A stretch of 64,000 nucleotides of DNA from Trichoplax sp. H2 (lineage: Eukaryota), in the NCBI GenBank assembly GCA_003344405.1, contig NOWV01000153.1, forward strand, positions 1-64,000. Reading direction: 5' to 3'. A program made the translations under genes and the position numbers. The notes beneath the pieces are model-generated. The model searched no databases. It was not told the DNA's origin and saw only the letters and a program-made list of their open reading frames with translations. Of the stretch, positions 13,743-25,518 are shown one piece after another. The first letter of the stretch is position 1; the number at the start of each line of letters is the position of its first letter.

Positions 13743-14814
13743 GCCTTCGATGAAATTATCGATGTGCATAATGAAGTCGTTTCTAACTCTAATACTAAAT
13801 TTATTTTCAGCTAATTGCTATGGTATTCTTGACCCGAAACGTGTTCACATGGTTTGGGTTTAAGCAAGGTAGTGTCGACTTATTACTAAGAGATAGCTAA
13901 CAGTAAAGATTTGCTATTAAAAATATTGACAATGTCTTTACACATTGAAAATATGACTAGAATATCCAGGTGTTGTGGTTTCCATTTATTGATAAAAGGC
14001 GAGTTACATATATAAATTTGATGAATTTATGTAAAATATACTAAAATAGGACTTTGCATTGTCGGCATTGCGAGTTAGCATAGCTTGGACACAAGATAGG
14101 AGAGTCTACAATACCTTAGCTAATTTATCGTATTATCATAGCATTCCACGACCCGTTCAGGTAGAATCAAGTATCATCATATCATTTCACTAATCCCTAA
14201 ATAAAGTATATTATAGTGTATACGTAAAAATACGTAAGTGTTTGTATAATTTTCGCATTAATAGACTGATAATGTTCTAGTTAAAGGTTAACATGCCTGT
14301 TAGAGTCAAAGCACTAATTCGGCCAGCAGCATTTGAATAAGCTTTATAAATTTTTTGTAACGCGACGACTAGTTTATCATCTATAGTAATCAATTGTATG
14401 AATAAAATTTTTGAAGGACATCATATCTAATATTTTAGGAGATCATGGTTTGTTTAACTATACTATATGCTTATTTTTTAATAATTAATTTAAATTAATA
14501 TAACTGATTCATACTAAGCTTTGGATATTTTCCTATGACATAATTTATAGCAACTAATATCATTATTTGCGATTTTAATCATACAAATCGAAAATTTAGC
14601 AATATAAAAGTTTAATCATGTTAGACTTTATGCTATGCTACACCGTAGATTCTATGCTATAACGCTATGAAGTTAAATCTAGCATAAATTAGCTTGAGGA
14701 ATTAATTGATGTCGATTTATCTTTAGCTTGTTTAACACTATTCATATCAAAATTTGGTGCAATACATTATCTGAAGATAGAATTAAAATACTCATCCTTT
14801 AAAAACTACATTAC

Positions 14815-15300
14815 TGTGATGGAGGGTTCGATATCTCAGAGGATTGAGATTTAGTCGCCATTTACAATTATTACAACAAAGGGTTTATAAAAGTTATGCT
14901 TTATTGTCGGTTAGTAATGTGAAGTACAGTGAGGTAGTTACGGTAGATCAGCGTGCAAGCTGTCGTGAGTAACGAGTAGAAGTATTAGACTGTGAGAGAC
15001 TAACTAGAAGACTAACAGAGAGGCTAATAAACTCTGAGGTAGAAATCGCCGGTATTTATAGTTTTAAAGATAGAGCACATGCAGAGAATAGGATTGTGGA
15101 ATTAGATACAACATATACCATAACAGGTTACAAAATAGCAGATGATTGTAGAAAACAGCGAGTACCGTAATAACTAAATACAGTAGTCTATATATGAATG
15201 TAGAGTAAGCGGACTGTAGATCTGTCTAAATATAAGAGCAATACAACATGTCTATATTTAAGAGTAGAATATAGTTACAGTATATTCTAAATACACTACA
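14815..15300 (-). mobile_element. Solo LTR (486 bp) of an LTR retrotransposon
   Basis: Termini TGTGATG...CACTACA (TG..CA) with a perfect 5-bp TSD ATTAC (14810-14814 and 15301-15305). The minus strand has CTATAAATA (~15053-15061) followed downstream by AATAAA (~14900-14905). Confidence 0.75.
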
Positions 15301-17401
15301 ATTACTTTTATAACTAATAATTTAGCTTTTACATATCGTACCTAACTACCTACATGATGAAAATGTTACATGAACTCTATAATATCAAAGCTAGCAGATC
15401 ATATTTCTACTTTGTAGAGGCTAATATACGTTAGTCAATATACTTGAGAGGATTAGTTACTAAAAATGTTAGCTTCCAAAAAATTAATAATGCTATTGTA
15501 TACTATCTTGAACTAATGCTCCTTTTACGCTATGATTATACAAATAGAATGGCTAGGTAAAATTTATTTACCGACAATGAGACTTAGACTATACAAGTCT
15601 CAATAGGTTGTAACTTAGACTCTAAAGCGATTACAAATCCCTTTATTAACTCACAGCAGGCTTATTTCTTTGGGTGAACCTTCAAAAAGTAAAGTATCTT
15701 TCTCATCTAAATACAGTTGCATACTGATTAACACTAAACTCGAAACTTCAGTTTGATTTTGTATAAATAAATATTTTTCTACACTTGCCCATTCTCACAA
15801 ATTATAGTATTTAAAGGAAAATATATTACTGGCCGAAGTAAATCTTTGATCGAAATTACTGCGCGATGGCGTCTACGTTATGCCAGGTTATGCTTTTAGC
15901 TGTACTAAAAGGGGTTGCTTTCGGATTGTTTTCTCGGACCATGACAAAATTGTTACCGCTGGTTAGCGTTTATTCTATATTCCATGTATTATTTGAATTT
16001 ACGAATACTTTTTGCGTATTACCAGTACGTAATAATGTACTTATAACAAAGATTGTAGTTATAAATTGATTAGATTAAGTTAATTCTCTTGAACTACTAA
16101 TGAAGCCGGTTACAGTAACTATACAAAAATTGGGAGATTTAGGGAAGACTAGGCTAGAAAATACATTATGCACTAAAGAAACAACAATACCAATAATCTG
16201 GTAAAAATTACTCTCTCACTAACTGAAGTATCAATTGGTGATATCTGTTGTTAAAAGTTGCTAATTTCAATAACATTTTACAGGCGGAAATCCTGCATAC
16301 ACACAGCTATCTAAAGCATGACGCTTTATAACCCGGTAGGAGTGCTGTTGCCGCATTAAAGTGGAAGATGATAGTATATCTTTAATACAATTTGTACGAC
16401 TATCGTTGACGTTTAATTATCATTATATTTTCATCTGTACTTGTATAATCCTAACTGCCTATTAAATACATGCTGTCAGATCGCCTATGATTATTACGGA
16501 CAGTCCAAAAAAACTTTTTTATTATAATTATAATTATTGGGCTTATTTTGCAATAGATGTAACTATATCTAAATGAGGATATACTTAATTGATCTAATAC
16601 CGAACAAAACGTTAAAAAGATAAACAAACAATTTTCGTAACCTATCAGAACAATTGTAAAATGATATTCTTATAGAAATTTGCAATTTTAATGTAAAAAT
16701 TGAAAGAACAATTTGAAGTCGAGACCCATTTTAGATACTCATAGTTTGATATAACAGTTAATACAATTTAATCTAACTAGCTATATCATTAACTATACAA
16801 TTTTAGTACTATTGAAAGGCCTTCACTTTCGTCAGGTCAGTCATAAATCGGTTAAAATTGAAGTTATAGTTCTACATATTGGTATATTTCTGTATCGCTG
16901 GTAAGATAAAATAAGTATATTTTAAAGCTGTAGGCATATTAATCTATCATGATACAATGGATATCAAAATGATTAGAAGATGAATGTGTATCGAAGATTA
17001 TAGTAGCAATGGATACGCGTCTATCTACAATCATGAAAGAAATGTAGGATCGGACGTTAACACAATAATTGATCGATTTTATGATAGGCTCGCTACCGCA
17101 ATATCTACTGTTAGCTCAATTACGGTACCGTACTATCTACGAGTATATATATATACAACTGTCTAATTACCATTGCACAAAAAAATGAGAAAACCCCTGA
17201 TATAGTAGGATTGGTATATTGAAAATTACTCCTATTCTAAGATTATTAACGATCTGAAAATAATAATCAAATGATGTGTATCGATACGTGTATAGTAAAT
17301 ATAAAAGATAAAAATGTGAAGTTTTCTATGTGAAATTTTACATGCAGCAATTACAATTTCTTGTTAACTTTGAAGATCATATTAATTATAAAAGAATTAT
17401 C

Positions 17402-19297
17402 TCATTCGTGTACTGCAGTAGTACTCAAATTCAATGCGGCTGCCATACGGAATATACCCGGTAGCATGCCAGTAAAGGTATTAAACATTTCTTCGGATAT
17501 ACCTTTCGGAATTAGAAATTGGACTATACATGCTTGATTATTGCTCCACATTTCATTTTCCATCATGAAACCTTTGACACATTTAAAAATTAATTCAGCC
17601 CTTTTAACACACCATGAAATTGTCATCTCTTCCGTCATTTCATTGACAAGAAGTAAAGGTATAGTGATAGTTGTGACATCATTGGATGCAGCTGTATTTA
17701 ATGCATTACGTAAGCCAGTCAAGATAGGATGGCGATTAGGTAACCGATCGGATTTGACATCATCATTGACCACTAAATGATAGACTACATGTATATCGGA
17801 TAAATTAGAATGGTGAGTAGAATAGAAATCACCTAATGCCAAGACTACAGAATCATCATCCTCATCCCAAAAGCTATCACGTCGAAGAGAAGAGAGTGTC
17901 GCGGATCGATTGCGTTGATTTTCAAGGTAGCCAGCTTTAACAGCAGAGTCCATATTAGAAATTGCATCAGAGACTGATGGATCATAACTGTGTTGATCTT
18001 CGGGTAACATTTCTAGTGAATCGATATCATTATCTTCGCTGTCTTGTCTTTTAGCTCGTGTTGATTGGGATTTTTGAATACTACGGCGGATATGATGTAA
18101 TTGCTCTGGATGGGATAGAAAGTGAAATTCACTGGATTCTTCGCATATCATGGCAAATTCATTCTTGATACCAGTATAACAATTGGGTTTATCATCTACA
18201 AGTAATATTAAACCATTTAATGTTGACGAATATAACGATAGTGCTGTTTGAATCCTTTGAGGTGGTGGTCCTATACCACTACCGATTGAGCCGGTATAAG
18301 CACTCCTGCATAAATCAAGTGGGTGACCAATCATTAAGCGTATATTATGCATGGTTTTCTTTTGTGTTCCTAAATAAATTGTAAAACTTTCTTCCATTCT
18401 GTTGTCGACATGATTATTGGATTCATGATTTAAATGGCTATCAGGTGCAGCTCTGGATAGCGTTGCAACAATACTATGTGGCATAGAAAGTGTTCTTTCA
18501 GTAGGTACACCATTATTTTCGACCATACTGTTATAGACACGTACCATCCAAGCATAAAATTCACGCTTTTGATTTTCCATCAAATCCGATAGAGTACTAT
18601 TCCATTTAGCATTTTTGAATTGTAACTCTTCCATATGTTGAGCAGCTAATCGGCTGACTTTACGATCGGATGCTATGCCTGATTGAATGGCAATTTCCAA
18701 TTGTTGTTGATGTTGAATTTCAAATTGTTCCAGTTCTGTATTACGTTGTTTGACAATTTCTTTGACTACCGATGCGTAGGTACACTCTAATTGTAAGATT
18801 GCTTCCATCGCCGGTGAATGAATTAAAGCATGATAAACTTGTGCCACCGATTGACCATTATCCAATTGAATGGATTGAACGGCATTCCTTTTATTGCTGT
18901 GATCACTCCAATGAGCTACTTCATCTTGTAAACATTTACACCAATGATCAGAAATATCCTTAATCACATCTGGACCGAATTGTTTCAAATGATGAATCGA
19001 TTGCTCAGCTTTATCCACTTGAAGTTGGCATAATGTCGACGATACAAATTCTTTCAACGAAGCTTGTAACTTGCCAAGCAGATAACATGGTAAATTGTGC
19101 GCGGTTATTAATCGATGTGCTAATTCATTAGTATGGCATGTTAAGGGGACGACAATCTTGACTTTTAAAAGTTTCTTACGCCCACTATTTTGATAGTAGA
19201 AGTGGAATTCTTTGTCGACTTTTGGATAGATCAATTGATCTTTAATCTTATTTTTGCGCTGATGTCGATCATGATGTTGGCGGTTGTTACTGGCCAT
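17402..19297 (-). CDS. C12orf4: C12orf4 / FERRY complex subunit 3 homologue, single coding exon, ~631 aa
   Basis: Recognisable motifs ESFTIYLGTQKKTMHNIRL, QRIQTALSLYS, HSNLSDIHVVYHL, RHPILTGLRN and EEMTISWCVKRAELIFKCVKGFMME. First ATG (MASN) is at 19297; the ORF track starts at a GTG. Confidence 0.92.
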   Translation of the reverse strand: MASNNRQHHDRHQRKNKIKDQLIYPKVDKEFHFYYQNSGRKKLLKVKIVVPLTCHTNELAHRLITAHNLPCYLLGKLQASLKEFVSSTLCQLQVDKAEQSIHHLKQFGPDVIKDISDHWCKCLQDEVAHWSDHSNKRNAVQSIQLDNGQSVAQVYHALIHSPAMEAILQLECTYASVVKEIVKQRNTELEQFEIQHQQQLEIAIQSGIASDRKVSRLAAQHMEELQFKNAKWNSTLSDLMENQKREFYAWMVRVYNSMVENNGVPTERTLSMPHSIVATLSRAAPDSHLNHESNNHVDNRMEESFTIYLGTQKKTMHNIRLMIGHPLDLCRSAYTGSIGSGIGPPPQRIQTALSLYSSTLNGLILLVDDKPNCYTGIKNEFAMICEESSEFHFLSHPEQLHHIRRSIQKSQSTRAKRQDSEDNDIDSLEMLPEDQHSYDPSVSDAISNMDSAVKAGYLENQRNRSATLSSLRRDSFWDEDDDSVVLALGDFYSTHHSNLSDIHVVYHLVVNDDVKSDRLPNRHPILTGLRNALNTAASNDVTTITIPLLLVNEMTEEMTISWCVKRAELIFKCVKGFMMENEMWSNNQACIVQFLIPKGISEEMFNTFTGMLPGIFRMAAALNLSTTAVHE

Positions 19298-19628
19298 GCT
19301 ACGCCTTTTGCCTTTTCGACGATGGTCACAGTTCACCTTAGCAATACAGTCACGGACCCAAGCTAGTATTGAATGTCTTCACCGATTCCAATCTCGTAAA
19401 GTCGAGCGATTCACTGCGTTTACGATTTTATTTTCCCCTTGTAATGATTGCAATAGGAGATTTTATCCTTGGCCAATGGATAGGTAGTCAATCTTGATGA
19501 TAGCAACTTGATATTCTTCTTCAACTTCGGATGTGGTTACTGCCGGCATTGCATGCATGCCTACTAGCTTCTCGATTACCTCTCGCATTCTCTTCAATGT
19601 TACTATAGCACTGGATGGTGTGCACTCA

Positions 19629-19790
19629 TACTGTACTGTATCATGAGTACGTCCTGTCCAGTACAGTACACTCGTTATGGCAACTACAGTACTCAGTACT
19701 GTAAGAACTGGATTACAGTACTCAGTACTGTAAGAACTGGATGACAGTACTCAGTACTGTAACAACTGGATTACAGTACAGTGTACTGTA
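19629..19790. repeat. (GTACW)n-type array including a 29-bp tandem repeat (~3.7 copies, 19685-19790)
   Basis: Unit TACAGTACTCAGTACTGTAAGAACTGGAT starts at 19685, 19714, 19743 and 19772. Confidence 0.9.
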
Positions 19791-20420
19791 ACCCCAGATG
19801 TCCCCCAAAAAGATGGAGTGCTCACTTTTAGCCTGCTCAGCAGTATCGTAAGTAACTCATTATCCTCATCATTGACTGTGGAATGGACTCCATTCGCTTC
19901 ATTGAGTCATTTCATTCTTGACGGTAGTTGCTGTGATAGTCTACTATGTACTACACTGTATGTCCATCAATGTATCCACGATGTCGTCGATGTATCTGTA
20001 GATCATTTAACGCATGAAATTCATTTGACGCTGTACGCGATTGAACGCTGCAAAATACTCCATCTCACCTCGTCCTATCAAAACAGACACTCGACTGCAT
20101 TCGATTCATTGGACGATGTATAGGATTCAACACTGCAAAGTCTTCAATTGAGCCTCGTAATATGAAAACCTACTGTCTCTTGATATTGTTTTCATGCTAT
20201 ACCACTACATTGCATACTGTGCAGTGTACAATTTAGGCAGTCCTGACTGTCAATGGTGTGAAAAGGCAATGGCAACCCGATAGAATCCGATCCAATGGAT
20301 CATTTTCCAACCCCAAATGAGTAGAATTGCCATACAAACACCGTCATACTATGGAAATTCTTGGCCCCAATCGACCGCTTGCTGTCAGGTTTCGGGTTGA
20401 CGGACCCTGGACGAGAAGAC

Positions 20421-20695
20421 TACAGTACAGATCTCCGTCTACAGTGTACAGTACAGTATAATATTACATATAATTATACAGTACTGTATTAGTTATATTA
20501 CTGTACAGTACTGTACAGTATTGTATATTAAGTAAAATTAATATTATAGTACAGTACAGTATACTGTTTCTATACTCATCCTTCTGTACAGTACAGTACA
20601 CTGTTCAGTAGGACCAGACCAGACCAAGAAAACTACAGTACTACAGTCCGCACTGTACAGTACTGTACTGTACGCCACTGTACATAGTACTGTAT
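20421..20695. repeat. (GTACW)n pentamer array upstream of ZDHHC17
   Basis: Dense TACAG/CTGTA/TACTG runs ending ~110 bp before the ATG at 20804. Confidence 0.9.
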
Positions 20696-20803
20696 GACTG
20701 ACCAGTCAACCAAGTGCCATGCACGCCCTCAACACAACTCGGCGAACTCGCCACATCTTGAAAAGAGAGCAGGCACGTCGAGCGTAAAGCTGTTGGAAAC
20801 AGC

Positions 20804-23800
20804 ATGGAAGAAATGAAAGAAAGCACTTCTCTGACCCAAGCCAATGCAACTTTTCAAAATCCAAATAATGTATGCCTAAAATAACAGTGTAATCAATAGG
20901 TAACCTGATCCTTTTTCGCCTCTATTCCAATTCATCTCCACGTCGTTCCACTAACGAACAATGCTTACCCAGCCAAGTTGTTGTATCTTAGTAACCAATT
21001 GGTCAAGCTCGCTTCACTTGGCCACTCTTGACAATAACCCACACTCAATAGTAATCTTCATCATTCATCCGATTCTTCACTTATATGTAGATAGAGATGT
21101 AGGGTACTATTCATGATTGAGAATCAATTTCTAGACTAGGTTAAGTTGGACGAGCTTTCACGACCTACATCTTTCATTTTTTCCCCTTTGCAAAGTAATG
21201 ACTTCTAGCTGTTGCTAATTGAATTGAATGACCTACATCTTTTATTTTTTCCCCATTGCAAAGTATTGACTTCTAGCTGTTGCTAATTGAATTGAATGTA
21301 ACGTAATATGCTGGTGGATCATGGAAGTCAGTATTGTTCAAAACGAAGACAAATTCTATTGCTGGTAGTTATAGGCTAGACTACAGTAGGCTCCATTGTA
21401 AGCTCATCGGTAGCAATGAAAGCGTTCTAGTGTCATATAAGCTAATCAATCATTACTCTTAAAAGCTGTTAATCAGACCACGCTTGATTGGACAGCTCTA
21501 CGGTCTGCCAACCTTTAGATTAGGAATGATCGAGGAAGGACGCAGTCAGTACAACTCTTTTGACAATAAATCAATGTCACAGTAGCACCTCACTCACTCT
21601 TGGCTTAGATCAGGCCCAGTCCTCTTTACCCCTAGGATCAAAACTAAAAGAGAATACTGCATACATTGACTGCAGCTTAGGATAGACCTGCAATCATAAT
21701 GTCAGTAAACGGTATAGAGTAAAACTGTATTGTCAAGAACCGATTACAGATAGCAACTCACTATCTGATTGTTGAAGCAATAAAATTAAAATTCAGTTGC
21801 GATATTACGGCATATTTCACAGAAATTCTACCATTGATGATCATTTTTTCGGATAACATATTAGAACAATGCCAAACCTGCTGCAGTCGAAAGTGTCAAT
21901 AACCAATTTGAAGGTGATCCTGTTCCTGGTAAGCAAAGGCAAAATAAAACATTAGATTATTCCGAATTCGATCTAGCACAAGCTGCTCAACATGGCGCAT
22001 TCGAGAGATGTGTACAGCTAGTAGATGAAGCGCAAGCTGATGTTTGCCAAACTGATGCAGAGGGCATAACGGCATTGCATTGGGCTGCGATCAATAATCG
22101 ATTAGAGATTGCTGAGTAAGTGCAGTTCAATTTGGATAAATGATCAGCAACTGAGTCCCTATGTGGCGTAATCGTTCTACAGTAAATAAAATTATTCTTT
22201 TCTCTTAGATTTTTCGTTCTTAGAGGTGCAGATATCAATGCACAAGGTGGCCTCCTGAAAGGGACACCTATAAATTGGGCGACAAGACAAGGACACTTAA
22301 AAATGGTCGTCTTGTTAATGAGACATGGAGCTGATCCTTCTATTAAAGATACTGAAGGTAGAATGCGTTCACTCTCCGAAATGTTGCAACTTTATATGTT
22401 TATTATCGCCTTCTACTGATGTACTCGTACTTCAACGATTAATATGATAGGATATGCTTGCCTTCATCTGGCTTGCCAGTTTCATCATACCAACATTGCT
22501 GCTTACTTAATAGCAAAAGGCGAGGTAAATTCTGAACGGTGATCTTACTTGATTCGTTAAATTAAATGATTATAATTCGTATTTTGAAATACAGCATTTG
22601 ACATCAGGTACAAATTATATCAAACAAATTTATACAAATGATTGAAATCAAGATTCTTGCAAAATGTTACTATATGCTTCATAATGGTACTGCTTGATTT
22701 ATATTGGATTAGGAAATAGACATGATGGACGACAATGGTATGACACCGCTGATGTGGGCATCTTACAAATGCCATGGGTAATAAGAGAGCCTGTTTTAGT
22801 TTCGAATACATTACGTTTAACTTACATTAACGGAGCATCCCATATAGCTTCAATACCTATACAGTTATATTCTTTGTTGTGATTATTTTTACAAGTACCA
22901 TAACTTGAGACAATCGACATGATTACGAAATAGTAGTGCAGGTTATTCACTAGGCTTAGAATTTTTTGCATCATAACCAATTTATAATTTATCATCGTAC
23001 GCATGTCTCTACCTCTACATACTCTACGTACAAATAACGCAGGATAAATTACATTAATCTATTGTAGAATAGACCCTGTGCGTTTACTAATATCCTGCGG
23101 TGCTGCTTTAAACTTTCAAGATAATGTTCACCTTAATTCAGGTCGGTTAAATTAAAGCTACTTATTCTCTCGTAACAATATCAATTTCCAATCAATGGGT
23201 ATACAATTGCTTACTAATCACTAACTTATATGCTTACAAAATAGCTATACATTGGGCTTTAACTTCTAATAATGGTAGTGCAATAAGTCAATTGTGTAAT
23301 GCTGGCTGTACATTAGATCTGGTCAATGCGAAGGTTAGATGATAATCAAAATGAGTAATTTGTGTAAAGATTTCCCTACTTATAAGATTCCTATGATCGT
23401 GTAAATGATCTCTGCTTATTGTTAACGTGAGAACTTTAATATCGATATATTTGGTCATGCTGTAGAAAGAAACTCCTTTAGATATTGCTGTAGCAAAAAA
23501 GAATAATTTTGCCATTAAAAAAATTGAAGGCAAACTGAAAAAACAGAAACCGTCTGGGAATAGGATTATTGTTTGGATGACATTAAATAAGGTGCTTTTT
23601 TAGAATTCAATTGAATACAAAATTGATACAATATGTTATGGTAATAGAATCAATTTAGTTACTCTGTGCAATCTATCGTTTCTCTTTACTAGGAATTGGG
23701 TAACAAGGTTATGTTCATATACCCGATTATGGCCTTCGGTGGTATTGGTCTATGTTTGCAGTATGGAAGTTCGTTATTGTGGTCAATGCTATATTTGATC

Positions 23801-25518
23801 TTATTGTGGATAGTATCAGCCCAAGTATTAAAGTAAGATAAAAGATTTGAGATTTTGCTTCTTTAGTATCGTAATAACATAAGTATTTTATAAATTACCT
23901 CTGCTCTCAAATTCTCCTTTACCAAATATCGAAATAGAATTTTTTTAAGAAATACAACATTGATTGAAAGTCCAATCATGGCTTCGTGGTATACTGCCAC
24001 TAAATCTTGGATGTACTTTACCTGGATTTACTTATTTTGGCCATGTATCTGACCACATAATACAAAATATGATGTTTATTGCATTATTGTAACACTACAA
24101 AGTTCACTAACAATGTTACTTTCCTTAATCTATTGCCATCAGTTGTAACTGACTTGCCAACACTTTTAGTATTTGTAATTTCCACCACTGGCATCATGTA
24201 CAATTTTTACCGCGTGGTGTTTAGCGATCCAGGGTATTTAGTTGCTAGTTTAGAACAAAAGAAAAAGGTTAGCGACCGCAATGTAACCATCTTGTCAGAT
24301 TTCTTTTACTTTACCGGGTATATCTGACCTTTAGGCTATCATTTACTTGGCTGAGCATGATGAACTTACCGTGGATACGTTCTGTTCTACATGTTTGGTT
24401 AGTTTGATTAATATTTTCTTCTCGAAATTAACAAATCAATTGTATCATATAGGCTATAACGCCTAGCACTCTGGAATATGGTCATCGATTTACTAATAAT
24501 ATCGTATCATTCTAAATCTATACAATATCGTAGCTCAGGAAGCCAGCACGCTCGAAACATTGTTCGATATGTAATAAATGTGTAGCAGCTATGGATCATC
24601 ACTGCCCGTGGATTTTAAATTGTGTTGGTTCGTTCTAATGTACATTATTTGGAATTTTCGAATGTACTTGGGAACGTAGTTGGTAATACCCAATTTTTTA
24701 ACGCTGTTCTACTTTGACATTTGTAGGAGCAAAAAATCACAAATATTTTGTACAATTTTTATTTTTCTTGGTTGTATTAAATTTTTTATACGCTTTTGGC
24801 GCCCGTCGATGTAAGAATTATCATGTCGTAATTATACATAAATATAGCTTTAGTATTATGTTAGTAGATTGAATTGATTCATTTTACGTATAGACTATAA
24901 CGGAGCTTGCCCGGCCTATAGCAATAACGATTCTGGATGGCTGTATCATTGGATTGTGATTGCATTCAAATGCTCGCCATGGGCGTTCTGGTTGGAATTA
25001 AACTCATGGTTTCACTGCTGCTGGATTGGTATGCTGTTTGTTTGTCAGTTTTATCAGGTACGTCTATGTGCCCATGAATGAACATTGAAACAGATCAGAG
25101 GGTGAAATTTTATTAATCTTAATCACTTAACATCGACATTCACAGTTTCATTTATCTATTAGATGATAATCCTTGGTATGACAACAAATGAACGTATGAA
25201 TAGCTATAGGTATAAACATTTTTACAAGAATGGGAAAATCGCCAGTCCTTTTAGGTTAGTGGTTGAAGGTAGCTTATTCGTAACTGAAAAATATAAAATA
25301 CATGTTCTGTAGTGTTGAAATGATTTAATTCGTAAAGAATAGCTAGTTGTAAAGCTGAGTGTATTTTTCTCTTGTTTAGTCGTGGTATTATAGGCAATTT
25401 TATCCAGTTTTTTGAATGCAGTTGTTGTGGACTTTTTCAAATATATCGCATTGATTGGAGTAACAAGTATCAGCATAACTTGATACCGGAAGAAAACGAC
25501 ATCTACTGGGAAGTATAA
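20804..25518 (+). CDS. ZDHHC17: Ankyrin-repeat DHHC palmitoyltransferase (ZDHHC17/HIP14-ZDHHC13 orthologue), multi-exon
   Basis: Spliced reading gives [32 protein letters not shown], ankyrin exons ([16 protein letters not shown]), TM exons, [30 protein letters not shown] (~24533-24628), GMTTNERMN and a last exon ending NDIYWEV* at 25518. Exon 1 (20804-20869) is less certain. Confidence 0.92.
21162..21298. repeat. 68-bp tandem duplication in ZDHHC17 intron 1
   Basis: GACCTACATCTTT...CTAATTGAATTGAAT repeated at 21162 and 21230 with a few substitutions. Confidence 0.9.

Noticed and set aside
19685-19790. CRISPR-like array of palindromic repeats
   Set aside because: Linkers are 8 bp and near-identical, there are no cas genes, and the context is eukaryotic; it is a minisatellite.
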